Shown piece after piece: positions 41,544-56,432 of a DNA stretch of 64,000 bases; the first letter of the stretch is position 1, and each line of letters begins with the position of its first letter. The position numbers were made by a program, and so were the translations under genes. The notes beneath the pieces are model-generated. The model was given only the letters and a program-made list of their open reading frames with translations, searched no databases and was not told where the DNA came from. Source of the DNA: Piromyces finnis finn (lineage: Eukaryota; Fungi; Neocallimastigomycota); the NCBI GenBank assembly GCA_002104945.1, contig MCFH01000003.1:558001-622000 (forward strand), written 5' to 3'.

Positions 41544-42385
41544 GCAAACAATTATATTATATTGCCAAAAAAAAAAAAAAACTTTATATATGTACTATAC
41601 ACATTATTTATTAAACTATATATATATATATAAATAATATTAAAACAAAACCCATTTAATATACATATATGTATACATTTATAAAATATTATTAATATTT
41701 TATATATATATATATAACGAAATAAAATAAAAAAAAATATATATTTTTTTCTTTTAGTATTTCTATTTTAAAGCAATCGTAATTGAATTGTTTATACACT
41801 TTAATATATTAAACCTCTTAAATATTAACTAAAAAAAATAATAATAATCAAAAATATATGAAAACCCTACGGATTTTGTTAATTTAAAATATAACCAAAA
41901 ATAAAACAATAATTATAATAAATAGTAAAGAAAAAAAATATATAAATGTTTAGTAACTTACATATTTAAAGGTGCACATTTGAATATAAATTATTTTTTT
42001 TCGCAAAAAAGGTCATTTAATAGAAAATGTTATTGGTAAAACTTGTATAATAAATATTTTTTTTATTTTATTTTTATTATGTTTATTATATATTATATAT
42101 ATATATTTTGCTTTATTTTGTGATTATACTTTTTTATATGTTTTTACCTATATTATATTATTTTATTTTTTAATTTTGGTCTTATTAACGACTATATTTA
42201 ATTGTTTATATATATATATTTTGTTGGTTGTAAATAATTTATATTTTACAATTCTGTAGTTGTTGATTTTTTTTTATTTTTTATATTTTTAATAGATAAG
42301 GGAAAATAAATAATATTAAATTATGGATTACTAATTTATTTTATTATTCGTTTATTCATTTTTAAATATTAAAAAGTGATTTAAC

Positions 42386-43045
42386 TTAAACACCGTATTG
42401 TTTGCGGTATTCTCTGATTTGCTTAACAGATTCTTCCCATCCACCAATACTTTCTAAGTATTCAATGACATGTTCAAGCTTAACAATGCAAATAACTGGA
42501 ATGTTGAATTCCTTTTCAACTTGTTGAATAGCAGAAGAGTCGGTATCCTTACCCTTTTCTTGACGGTCAAGAGCAATTAAAACACCAACAAGCTTAGCCT
42601 TGTTTTGAACTTGAATAATTTCAACAGCTTCACGAATAGCAGTACCAGCAGTAATAACATCATCAACAATAATAACCTTCTTGTCTGAGGTTAATTCAGT
42701 ACCAACAATTGTACCACCTTCACCATGATCCTTCTTTTCCTTACGGTTGAAACAGAATGGAACATCCTTTTTGTAAATGTTGGACATGGCAACAGCAGTA
42801 GAAGAAACTAAAGGAATACCCTTGTAGGCTGGACCAAAGAGAACATCATATTCAACATCCTTGGTACCATCTTCTAAAGCAGCAGCGTAAAATTTACCAA
42901 TTTTAGCAAGAGATTCACCAGTGTTGAATAAACCAGCATTGAAGAAGTATGGACTGATACGACCAGATTTTAAAGTGAATTGACCAAACTTTAAAACGCC
43001 CATTTCAATGGCGAATTCAATAAATTCTCTTTGATAATCCTTCAT
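42386..43045 (-). CDS. URA5: Orotate phosphoribosyltransferase (219 aa, intronless)
   Basis: [41 protein letters not shown] and the PRPP-binding loop [13 protein letters not shown]. Confidence 0.97.
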   Translation of the reverse strand: MKDYQREFIEFAIEMGVLKFGQFTLKSGRISPYFFNAGLFNTGESLAKIGKFYAAALEDGTKDVEYDVLFGPAYKGIPLVSSTAVAMSNIYKKDVPFCFNRKEKKDHGEGGTIVGTELTSDKKVIIVDDVITAGTAIREAVEIIQVQNKAKLVGVLIALDRQEKGKDTDSSAIQQVEKEFNIPVICIVKLEHVIEYLESIGGWEESVKQIREYRKQYGV

Positions 43046-43717
43046 TTTTAATAAATTTTTTTATTATATTAAAGTAAAAATGTAAAGATATTAAATTTAT
43101 ACTTTAAAAAAAATATATATAATTTTTAAAAATTTTTAATTATCTATAGAGTTGATTGGCTAGAATCAAAAGACTAAACACAAAAATAACTCTATTTATT
43201 AATATTTATAATTAAAAAAAAAACTAAAATTATTCATTTTTTTTTTTTAAAATATAAATTAAATTTAAATTGATTTATTTTAAAGGTGTAAAAGAAAAGA
43301 CTATTTTATATTATTGTTCTGTAAAAGGGATGAGAATTATAAATATTCATTTTATATTCATTTTATAAAATCAAAAAGAAATAATAAAAAAAAATGATAT
43401 TTTTATATTTTTATCTATTTTTTTTTATCTTAATGTTTATTTTTTTTTTTTTTCGTATTAAATGTGTATTTAAAAATACAAGTTTAATCCTAATTTATTA
43501 TTATTATTATATATTTATATTATAAAGCATTTATCTCAAAATAAATATTAATACTTATGCATGTTGAATAAAAAATATTTCAATAAATTAAAAATAAATA
43601 AATAAATAAATAAAAATTAATTTTATTTTTTTATTTAATTACATAAATCATATAAATAGAAATGAAAAAGATATATGAATCTATTTTAATATTACTCTAA
43701 AGTAGTTTAGAAAATTA

Positions 43718-46700
43718 TTATATTCTTTGCCAATACCATCCTACTTTACGGTATGGTGGTTTCTTTTTAATTTTATCTGATTTAATATCAGCACGACAAC
43801 TGTATTTTAAATAGGTTATCCAATTCTCATCATTTTCAAGATTACTTGCTTTTGATAATTTTGTAGTTTTATTAATACTGTCTTTGAATTTTTGAATGGC
43901 TTTGCTCCTTCTTTCCATGAATAATGCAATTCTTTTATCTTCTGTAATAACAATTTCTTTTGTTTTAGTAGTTGACGATGGTCCCGTATCCTTTGGCATA
44001 TTGATTCTACGTCTTATTCTGTGATGTTGTTCTTTATTACTTGAGGTTGATGATGAAGATGAGGATGGGGAATTACTGATTATATCTGAATTGGATTTAC
44101 TATGATGAATAGTAGACTTTTGTTGGGGTACCTTTTCTTTTCCTTTTTCAATTTCTTCAAATTTTCTTTTCTTACGGATAGTTAAATTAGTATTAATAGT
44201 TAAATCAAATTTTTCCTTTTTAATGGAAGGACGAGTTCTTAAAGAATAGGTTTCTTTAGCATTAGTTTGTGTAGCATCATCACTTTCATTTTCTTTTATG
44301 GTAATAACAACCTTATTTCTATTTCTAGTACAGCTTCTTGTAATACGTCTATTATCATCATCATCTATCGGTGATTCTTTAATATCAATTATTTCATTAC
44401 TTTCTGTATTTGGTTTTTCATTTTTAGTTTTGCTATTTTTACTTTTACTCGTTGGATTCTCATTATTATCATTATGAGTATTACCCAAAATAATGGTATC
44501 ACTACCATTTTTATTACTATTTTCTTTTATCTTTTTATTATCTGAAGATTTTGTTGGTATATCACCATTCTTATTATTATATTTTTTAAATTTTTTATTA
44601 CTGTCATCATTCATATTATTGCTGTTATTATTTTTACTGTTTTTATGCTTAATGACATTGTTATTGTTATCATTATTATTCTTATCATTATTTTCATTAT
44701 TATTATTTTTGTTATAATTCTTGCTATCATTGTTTTTAGTATTATTATTTTTAATGTCGATAGTTATAGTGTCATTATTCTTATTAATATTATTTTCATT
44801 ATCTTTTTGGTGAGCATCATCAGTATTACTGTTTACTGTAGTATTAGCATTAATAGTATTTTCATTTTGATCTTCCTTTTCAACCAAACCTTCTTTATTC
44901 TTTCCTTTGGAATTTTTGTTGTTCATAGATATGATTAATGCATCACTGTTCTTATTTGTTGGTATTTCAGCTATTGTATTGTTATACTCATTTTTATTAT
45001 CCTCTTCATTAGCCTTATCCTTAATTTTAATTTTTGAACTAGATTTTAATTTTTTATTAGATTCATTATTGATTAGTGGTGGTCTACCACGTTTCCTTGT
45101 TTCCTTTGGAATAGTATCATCTGTATTTTTGCTATTCTTTCCTTTATTAGTAACTTTTGGGTCATTCACTGATTTTTTCCCCTTTTTGTCTGGGGTTTCT
45201 TCTTCCTTCTTTTTTTCTTCTTGTTCCTTCATATTAAGACGAAGTGCCAAACCTTTATCACGTGAATATACTTTTAAAAATCTTTCAAAATCTGTTTCTT
45301 CTCCTTCTTTTTTCTTTTGTAACTTTTGGTTCTTATCAATTATTGAAAAACCTTGATCATCAGCATCATCAATATCAATAATTTCGTAGGAAGAACAAGA
45401 AATCGTTTGCTCTTCTATTTCTTCAGCATTGTCTTCTTTATCTTCAAACTCTTTTCTTGCTACTGTTTTACTTCTAGTATTACGTTCTTCCGTCTGTTTC
45501 TTTTCTTTATTAATACTATTAATGGTTTGATGTGCATTTTTTTCAATTTTCTGAAACAGTGAGGTAAATTCACTATCTAAATCATCATTTTTTGTTAGAC
45601 TATAAATATTTAAGAAATGCTCATCACTATCACTAACACTCAAACTACCTAAGGATTCATTTTCATCAGGTAGATTGACACTAATATCACTCGTATCATC
45701 TAAAATTTCACTTTCTTTCAATTCTCTTTCTAATTCAAGGTATCGTGCCTTCAATTCTTCTGTTTCATGATATTGATTATTTTCATCTAAATAACCTTGA
45801 ACTAATTCTCTATCTTCAAACTTTTTACCCGTAGGTTGATTATTATCATCTCTATCTTTATCTTCCTTTTCTTTATTTATATCATCCTTGAGTTTACTAA
45901 CATTATCATCATTTACCTTAGTTTCATTATCATTAGTATTAGGAATAGTGTGGTTAATCTTTGATATTTCCTCATTTATTTTTCTTTTATTTTTCTTTCT
46001 TTTTTTTAATAGACTTTCTTGATTAATGTCCGTTCTTATGACTTTTGTATTATTATCATTATTTGATATTTCTAAAATCTTGATATCCTTCTTTGGTATT
46101 TCAATAGTCACATGTGCTAATAAACCTTTATTATTTTTATCCATTTCTATTAAATTATTTCTACTGCTCTTATTTAATGTAGGCAAATGTCCTTTATTTC
46201 CTTTTGTTTCTTCGATAATTACATCATTATCAGAATTTCTACTTGTACTTTCTATGTACTTACCATTCTCTTTTGGAATTTCAATAACTATTTGAGTTGA
46301 TGAAATTTTTTTTCTTTCACCTATTTCCAATAAATTCTTTTCAGTATCATTTGTACTATGTGTTTTTGATGTTATACCAATATTTGAAGGCTTATTCTTT
46401 TTTAAAGAAATAACATTTTCTTCTTTTGAAATTTCATCTTTGATAGTATTATTTTCATCATATTTCTCTATTAACTTATTTTCTATTTTATTTTCATTTG
46501 CATTTTTCTCATTAGGCATTACAATTTTAATCATTTCTGACTTTTCTTCTTGTTTATTTTCTATCTTGGATTTTTCTGATCCCACTATTGAATTACTTTT
46601 AACAATGTCATTAAGGTTATGATCTTCCTTGGTTTTATCACTTTTATCATTGATGTTGAAGTCTATAAAAGTACCGTCTTTTGAATGAAGACGATCAACA

Positions 46701-49700
46701 ATAATACTTTGGTTTATAATTTCATTTTCATCAATGTTTTTTTTATTTATTTTTTTCTCTAAATCTGCTAAAAATACCTTGATATCATCAAGCTTATTAT
46801 TAATTTTTGGCTTATCTATAATTGTTTCATTCTTGTCAATATCAATTATTGAGTTATTAACTGTTTCATCATCTTTAAATTCACTTTTTTCACTATTTAA
46901 TATATCAATTATTATAGTATGCCTTGTTTCTTTACTTAATTTATCTTTGGATTGATCATTCTCCAATTTTTTGTTTAATGTAGTGTCCTTCATTTTATCT
47001 ATTTCACTTTTTTTAATTGAAAGACTATTACTACTTTTCTTGGAAAATATTTCTTTAATTTGAAGGAAAGAATCTTTCGTTATTGCATCATTTTCCCCTT
47101 CTGTATCATTATTTATGAAAGTAGTGTTAGGATTACATTTACCATCATTTTCTTTACTTGAGGATAACGTAATTACATCATTTTCCCCTTCTGTATCATT
47201 ATTTATGAAAGTAGTGTTAGGATTACATTTACCATCATTTTCTTTACTTGAGGATAACGTAATTACATCATTTTCCCCTTCTGTGTCATTATTTATCAAA
47301 GTAGTACTATGATTGTATTTATCGTCATTTTCCTTACTTGGGGATAACGTAATTACATCATTTTCCCCTTCTGTGTCATTATTTATCAAAGTAGTACTAT
47401 GATTGTATTTATCATCATTTTCCTTACTTGGGGATAACGTAATTACATCATTTTCCCCTTCTGTGTCATTATTTATCAAAGTAGTACTATGATTGTATTT
47501 ATCGTCATTTTCCTTACTTGGGGATAACGTAATTACATTATTTCCCCCTTCTGTGTCATTATTTATCAAAGTAGTACTATGATTATATTCCTCGCTACCT
47601 TTCTTACTTGGGGATGACAATAGAGAAATTCTATTTTGTTTCGCCGCATTTTCTTTTATTATGTTAATTATTTCTGATGTAATTTTTTGTAATTTTGGAG
47701 TTATTAATATATTTTCTTCTTCATCTAAAAAAGCGTCTTTTATTTTAGGAGTTGTTTCCATTTCATATGATTCAATTTCATCCAATAAAATACTTTGTAA
47801 TTTCGGTGTATTTTCTTCTTTATCTTCTTTTTCATCTATTAATATACTTTGTAATTTTGATGTGTTCTCTTCTTTATTCTTATCTAATGGTTTACCTTGT
47901 AATTTTGGAGTTGTCGGTAGTTCCTTACTTTGTAATGATTTTTGAATTTGTGGTGTCTCCATTTTATTATCTATATTTATTTCTTCAGAATCATTAATAT
48001 TAACATTAACTTTTTCATCAGATAAAATTTTCTTCTCCTTTGAAGAAACAAACGATGCCTCTTTTATTTTTATTTCATTATCTAACGAGTAATTTTTTAT
48101 TTCTTGTTCAGAGCTGGTAAAATCTTTTGAGCTACTTTTATTAATAAAATTAATTTGATTAATATCAGAAATTAAATCTTTATCATTAAAAATCTCCTGT
48201 GATTTTGAATTATTGGTTTTTGACCATGTTTCTGCCAAAGAATGATTATCCAAAATTTCTTTTATATTATCATTTTCTGTACCTAATGATTTATCCATTT
48301 TGGTTTCAATTTTATCAATTACATTTATATCTATCACATCAAAGCGTCCAATTGGTTCACTTAAACAAAATTCTATATGCCAAAAATTTGATGGCAATTT
48401 TACTTTTAAAGCTTTAATAACCTGATTAGAAAACAATCTTTCCTCTTCTTCAAATATTGGTTTAATAATTCTATTAATACGATTTTTTAGTTTTACAGCT
48501 GTAATATAATAATGTGTATCTTCTTTATTATACAGCATTGCATTTGACCATATTTGATCCATATCACTCTGCATTATATATATAAAAAGAAAATAATTTA
48601 AACTTAATCCCTACACAAATAATTAAGAAAATTATATAAAAAATTCTAATTTATTATGCCAATATATATATATATAATGAAAAAAAAATTTAACATCTAT
48701 AATAAAAAGTAAAGATATTACTACCTTAAAAGCTTTTACCGTTTTATAGTGATGATTATTTATTCTATTTTCAATGATATCAAAAGACATTGGATGTTTT
48801 ATGATATCATAATAATCTTCTACTTCTTTTTTATTTACTGGAAACCAAAAATATTCTTCTCTATCGCTTCTTTTAATATCATTAAAAATTGGGCGAATCA
48901 TAGCTGATATTGGAAAATGAATTATTTCAATAATTCTCTTTTGAATTTTTGTAATTAATAGTTTTCGACGTTCACGCATTTCTATCATCTTTGTCATTGT
49001 TCTCATTTTTTCTAAATTACTTCGTATTGTTGCCAACACTTCCAGCGTTTTCAGCTTTTTTTTACCATTTTCAATATAGGATGTAGAAAATGCTGACCAT
49101 GGCTCTATATGTAAACGTTTTAATAATGAAGCACCACCTCTTGATTCGCGTTTCATACTCCAATATTTTGCAACATCAATAATGAATTGACGTTTTTCTT
49201 GTTTATCATCTTTCTCACATAGTAAATGAATAATTTTTTCTGCAATTGATTTTGGTATTACCCATTTTCCAGAAAAAAAACTTTCATACGGTATTGTATT
49301 TAAATAGTTATTTTGATTACTGGATGTTAACTCATTGTTAGTAGATGATGATGTTTCATTACTGACATCCTGTGCATTAAGATTAACAATAAAATCACCT
49401 TTGGCCTTTGTAATATCATATCCATCTTCTTTACCATTAAATAATTCCTCTGCAATAAATTGATTTCTTTTATCGTACTTTCCATTCAAAAAATCTCTAC
49501 GTCTTGCTTTTTTAATTGCTGATAATTCCTTTGCACACTTTAACTTATATTTTTTTACAGATTCACTGACCTTATGCGTATGTTTGTAATCCTCCTGTTA
49601 TATTAAATATTACATATATATTTTAAAAAAAATTAATAAATTCATTTATATCTGTCTAAAAAAAATTCAATAATAAACAATATATTAATAAAATAGAATA

Positions 49701-51139
49701 AATTACCGGTGTATGTCTATCACAGTATACTTTACATTCAAGATTATCCATACCACCATTTTTATTAAGCTCCATATAAAGACCTGAGGCCTTTGCACAT
49801 GTCACATGAAAAGCTGTACAACAAAGTTTCTTACTACATTGAATACATGCACCCATTGGTTTTTTACATAAATAGCATAGCTTTAGAATTATTATAGTAT
49901 AATGTTGATAATTAAATAGTAATATATTTTCATTAATATTATAAATTATAGATACTTAATTTATAATAAAAAAAAATATGTACCAATGACCAACGACTTC
50001 TAGGTATTTTTTCAATATTTATAATAGGTTCCATATATACTATATTAGCTTGTGAGCACTCGGGTATCCAGAGGGCACATGATAAATGTGCCCAACAATT
50101 AAAGTCTGTTTGTTTAAATGCTCCACCACTGTTTGGGCAAAGAACACAAGACTAATTAAATTTCAATTTAATTTGAAGAATAATTAATAAAATATATAAA
50201 ATAATATTTGACTAATTATTTAATACAGAAGAACTTACAACTTGAGCTTCTGGGCTTATCATACATTTTCTACATAACCACTGACCTTCTGGTATAAAAG
50301 GAACACCATAGCAATCTATATTTTTTTATTGATATAAAAATACAAAATTTTTAATATAGATGGAAGTTATTAAATTTTGTTTTAAATAAAAACATATTAA
50401 CCTTGATGAACGGCAATATTACAACCATCACAAAATACAATTGCATTACTATTTTCACATTCACCATTATTACAAATTTCGCATACAGAATCATCAGAGG
50501 ATTGTTGATCATTCTTTTCAGATGGTAAATTTTTATTTAATTCAAACCATTCCTTTTCTAATCTATCCATTACATGTTCAAAAAATAATGGTTCTATCAA
50601 ACCTAGACCTTTTTTAATTCTTAGTTTATTTATCTTTTTTAACCATACCATATCTATTGTTGTTGTTGTTGTTGTTAAAATAATAAGGTAAAAAGGAAAA
50701 ATTATTATTATATATTGTTAAGATTTAGAAACAATAAAAATATTATGTTATTTATTAATTTATTTGTTTATTGTTTTGTTTTTTTAAAAAAAAAAAAAAG
50801 TTTTACCTTGTTCATCCATATCATATTCAATTCGATTTGCTAACTCTTCTTCGGATGGTTCAATAAATTGTATAAAATTTTTATCTACATCATTCTTATT
50901 GCTATTATCTTTATTATTATTAACGTTTTTGCTATTTACATTTGAATTATTATCTTCTCCTTCCTCTGAAATAATTGAAATGGGTGATTTAGGAATATAC
51001 TTAAATATTGGCTTTGGTAATAATTTCAATCTATTTTCAGTTTCAGAGTCGACAATAGGATTAAAATCATATATATCTTTTTTCTTTTTTCTAATTTCCA
51101 TTTGATTATTTTGTATTTGTTGAGTACTTTTATTGTTAT

Positions 51140-51172
<33 letters not shown>

Positions 51173-51974
51173 ATAAAAATAACATAAAATGTAATGAATA
51201 TTTAAAAGCATTTATTATGAGATAAAGGATAAATTGAATTATTAAAAAAAAATAATGAAATAAAGAGAGATATTTATATTCATTTATTTCTTAAATATAT
51301 ATTTATTAAACTCACTTATTTTCTTGAGTTAATGAAATGTAATTTGATGGGGTTATTAAAGTTGGAGTAATTCTTTTTTTTATTTTAAGATCACTAGAAT
51401 TTGTAATAAGCACATCTTTATAATTTATTAATAAAATTTTATAAAATTTTAAATTAATATGAAAGTTTTATATTACTTTTATTTTCAATTTTGTCTGTTT
51501 TCCAAAAAAAAAAAAAAAAAAAAAAAAAATAAAATAAAATAAAAAATTAAAAATAAAATAAAAAAAAACTGATATTTTTTTACCTTCATTATCAATTATA
51601 TTTTCTTTTTTATCATTATCATTAATAATCATTTTATCTAACATGGGATTAACGTCTTTTTTATTATTTTCCTCATTATACATTGAATTTGTTTTATATA
51701 TGGAACTTTCATCAGTAATAATTTGATGTATACTACTTTTTCTTGTTGGATTTATCCTATTGATTTTTATAGGGGCATTAATATTAACTCCTGGAAAATT
51801 TTCATTAAATTGATATTCTTCTATAGGTTTATTAACAGAAGTCGAAGATTCAAGATGCCTTCTTCTATTAATTCTTTTTTTATATCGTGGATGATCATAT
51901 AAATCATCATCATAATCTGAATCTTCATAATTAGGTGATACTACATTAGTTAATTCTGGATATTCTGAATCCAT
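43718..51974 (-). CDS. NTO1: NuA3/MOZ HAT complex scaffold Nto1/BRPF1-like protein: EPL1 + PHD-Zn knuckle-PHD (PZP) + bromodomain + about 1500 aa low-complexity tail with an AT-hook
   Basis: EPL1 segment [71 protein letters not shown]. Second finger [30 protein letters not shown]. Bromodomain [37 protein letters not shown]. The terminal exon is the 1618-aa ORF. The start is inferred at MDSEYP (51974). Confidence 0.88.
47085..47590 (-). repeat. 90-nt (30-aa) coding tandem repeat [30 protein letters not shown], about 5.6 copies
   Basis: ctgtgtcattatttatcaaagtagtactatgatt recurs at 47281, 47371, 47461 and 47551, with variant copies at about 47101 and 47191. Confidence 0.95.
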
Positions 51975-54900
51975 ATTACTTATAAAAATCAAAATATCAT
52001 TAAATATATATATATATAGAAGTTGGACTTAACTTAATATTAGTACAAAAATATCAAGATTATTTTTTTATTTATTATTATTAATTCAAAAATAACATAC
52101 AAACACTAGATTTTATTACTTTTATACCAAATTAAATATGAAAATATTATATTTTTTAAATTTTATTTTTTTTTAAAAAAATATGGATCTATATATAAAA
52201 TTTATAAAGATTATATAAACACGTAAATATATGTCTATTATATTTAATATATAATTTTTTTATAACATAAGAAAATCAACAGATAACAAGAACATTTAAA
52301 ATTATTTATTTTATTAAAGTATTCTTTTTTTATTTTGATAATAATTTGTTTAATTTTTTTATTTGACTATTAATTAATAATTTTTAATTCTTTAATTAAT
52401 TAAAATTAAAAAATGTTAACAAAATAAAATTTTGGATAGCCAATAAAATTCAAAACAAAAAAATTCAAAGTAAAAGAGTAATCATGAAAATCATGAAAGA
52501 GTCTTGTTTAGCTGATAAATAATTACATAAATATCGTTACTTATAATATTAAATATAGAATGTATATAATACAATCTTAATATAAATGCACTTTAATAAT
52601 AAAATAATATTTATTATTAGATAAAACCTTTTTTTTTTATTTAGAATATTATGTATATTCTTTTGGTAAAATTACCAATTTTTTGAAAAGTTTAAAGTTT
52701 CATTTAATAACCACAACTGTTCTTTAATGCATAATTAAAAATATAAATAAATGTTAATTAAAAGATTACTTAATATGGAATGTTTTTATTTAAATGAAAA
52801 AGAAACAGATATAACTGAATAAAAAAAAAAAAATATAAACTCAATTTCAATTATCATCCTCTCACAACATAACCTCAAATGTTAAACACGAACAACAATA
52901 AAAATACTTGATATATATATTTAATTTGAAATTGATTTAGACTAATAATTTAATATTGAAAGTTTCATTTATTATTTGATTTTAAAAATAATATTAATTA
53001 GTAAAAAAAAAAAAATAATTATACATTAAGTAATTAAGAAATAATCCATTATTGATAATTAAAATTTCTGTCTCCAAAAAAAAAAATCAATATTTTATTA
53101 TATCCCATAATAAAATAATCATGAAATACTTGAAATAAAATTATAAAAAAATAATACCAAAATTTGTTACATAGATGTATTTGTTTTTTAGTTTGTTTGT
53201 TATTTCTTTTGTTTTTGCTTTTATATATATATGGTATTAAATGTTTTTTTTTTATGATTATTGAGAGACATATATAATATTGAAATGATGAAAAAATATA
53301 TTGATATAAAAATTAATTTTATTACAATAAATAAAATGAAAAAAATTGCTTAATAGAATAAAAAAAACTATTAAAAATAATAATTGTAAGGAAATTTAAA
53401 ATATTAAATAAGCTGAAACTATATTTTTAAGATTAAATAATAACCATAATATTTGTTTACATGATATTTTACTGAACCATTACATGTTTCTTTATGATTT
53501 ATTATTATATTATTAATTAGTTAATAATAAGTTTTTCTACTTACAGATTATTAGTTGATAATCCGTAAGTACAATTCATTCAATGTTAAAATTGAATATA
53601 TCTGAAAATAATAAACTAGCAAATGTTTATAATGAAATACATACAACTTAATAAAAATAAATTATAAATTCTATTAAATTATCATTTCCTGTTTTTATAT
53701 TATTAAATTTATTTTTTAATTTTTAAAAAATATAACCCATATATAATAGTTAATAATTTACTTGTACCAAATTTATTTATATAGTTTTTAAACAAACTTT
53801 TATAGATAGTTTATTATTTAAAAAAATCTTTTAACTTTTTTTTAATAAAATAGCTAAATATGACTTATTTTATTATATCTTTTTTGATACTATACTTAAT
53901 ATTTTTATATTTAAAAAAAAAGAGTATAAATATTACTAATTCCTCACTAATTATTTATATTATAATTAAATATATTGTGTTGTTTAAATATCCCTTAAAG
54001 AGTTACAATTATTAAAAGACTTTTTATAATATATTTTAGGATTATTATTAATTTATAAAAATTTTGTAACAAAGAAAATAAAACAATATTTTAATATCAG
54101 CATTATTGTAAATAATAATAATTATTCATTGTAAATAGTAAAAATAAATAGAATTAAGGTTTGATTAGTATTAAGTATTATTATAATTTTTTATTTAAAA
54201 TTAAAATCTTATTTTATTTTATAATTAAATGGAAAATAAAAGATCTATTCCAATATTACAATTTATATAAATTAAAATTTATTAAAAATAAAATATTATT
54301 TAAAAAATCGTTAGAACATTCAAAAATAATTGGAATATTATCTGGGTAAAAAAAAAAAAAATTTTACATAATTTTTTTTGTACCATAAAATGGTATCATT
54401 TGAACTTTTTTAATTTAATTTAAAAAAAAGTTTATTAATATAAAAATGTTATATTAAAATTTGTCATTTTATTTTTAATCTAAATCAATATTTGATCATG
54501 ATTAAATTGAATGGTTGATTTACCAATTTTTAATTTAAATAATTTAGAAAATCAATTAAAAAATTTCCAATTAAGGGGAACAATACTATCCACTCCTTTA
54601 TTATTTTTTTTAATCTTATTTAATAAAAATAAAGAGAGAAAATAGTTAAAATAAGTAAAAATAACAAAATTAAGCTATTTAAATCATGAATGAATCATTA
54701 AATTCTTAATATGTAAGTATGTTATAAACTTACATGTGGTTTTATTATTCATCAATTCAATGTTCCTTGTTTAAATTTTTATATATTTATATCCATTTAC
54801 GTTTAATAAAAAACATATTCACACCATCACTAATAAACTATACTTTCATTTTTCTAAATTATTTAAAAAATGGAAAGATGAATTTATTATTTCTTTTTAC

Positions 54901-56432
54901 TATTCATATACTATAATATTAAATCTTGTTAATATCAAAACTAATAATCTATTATTAATAATTAATATTTTTAAAATGTAAAGTTTTTTTTATTAAATAA
55001 TGTAGCCATTAAATAATTTATCCTACAATGTAACTTTTATGATCTAACATTTAATTCTTAATATAAATATACAATTTAATCAATCCCTTTTATTATATTA
55101 AATGGGATAAAAAATATTTTTAATACTATTATATATGTATGATACTAAGTTAATAAAATGATATTCATTTTAATTTAAATTAACTGTTTTTTAATTAAGT
55201 ATTTAAATTTTTTAATTACAATTTAATTTTCTTATTTAATTACTTTTAATAACTATTAATTAAAATAATAAATTATGGCAAACTTTTTTTAATAATATTT
55301 TTACTGCTTTTTTATATATACAATAATTGTATACAACTGATAATCCTCATTTTGGAAATCATATAAAACTTTAATAATTATACGTTTAAATCTAATAAAA
55401 TTATAATTAAATTATAGTTAAAGCTTATTGCTTAATATTATGAAGTAGTCAAAAAAAATTGTCCAATTTAATTATTTATACTATATTCATTGAAATTGGT
55501 TAAACTATTCTTATATTATTGTGAGATAGATTATCCCAAAGATATACATACAAACTAGAACTGACTTTAATAATTGTTAATAATTTAATAATATATTTAT
55601 TACTTTTAAAAGTAATCTAAATAAATAATTTTTATCTCTTCATTTTTATTAACATATAAATAATTTTTTTCTCTATCCTATAATAGTATATTTATCAAAT
55701 AGATACTTAAAATACATTATAATAGAATTACTATTAACTCTAAATAAAATCCAATTTTTCTTAAATTTCATATATATATATTATATAAAAAAAAAATCAA
55801 AATCTATCTTATTCGTTAAAATTTAATGTAAATCTTTTTTTTAAATATTTTAAAATTTTGAAAAATTATTAAAAATATAATCATCTTTAATTACTTATAA
55901 TATTAAATTATGTCTCCAGTTAATAAATTAATATAAAAATTAATGTAATAAATTGATTTTTAATTAACCTCATTTTTAATATTATATTAAATCTTTTTAT
56001 GCCATTTATTACTATATTAATTGATATAAATTTTGTTTCTATTAAAGTTTAAAAACTAAAAGGAATATAGGATAGGATAATTATTTAATTAATATAATAA
56101 TTAAATACATTGTATATATCACATTAAATTATTATTATATTATTAAATTTAATTGATAGTTTAATATTTAAAAAAAAATTTTTATATATAATGACAAAAA
56201 ATGTATGAATATTTTTTTTAAATTTTAGTCATTATCAATAAATTTTAATTGATAATTAAACTTAAAAAATAGGAAGAGAAAATAAAATAATTAATAAATA
56301 TTGATTATTTATATATTATATTTGTATATAAAAATATACTGGTTTATATTTGATAATAAATTGAAAAAAAAATAAAAATAAATTTATTAAAAAAGAAATA
56401 TAATAATTTTCCTATAAATAAAATAGAAAAAA

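Noticed and set aside
42386-43045. OPRTase strongly resembles enterobacterial PyrE and is intronless, suggesting recent HGT
   Set aside because: Fungal URA5-type OPRTases are generally PyrE-like, so this is not evidence of a lineage-specific transfer.
44493-48417. Numerous hydrophobic plus-strand ORFs opposite the Nto1-like tail (similar ones lie opposite TTC25, PAB1, GH10 and GT17)
   Set aside because: Antisense frames of K/E/N-rich coding DNA give F/L/S/I-rich ORFs. There is no independent evidence for them.
52000-56400. 4.4-kb gene-free interval upstream of both the NTO1-like gene and GH10
   Set aside because: I found no credible ORF, splice pattern, repeat family or RNA structure. It looks like ordinary AT-rich intergenic DNA.
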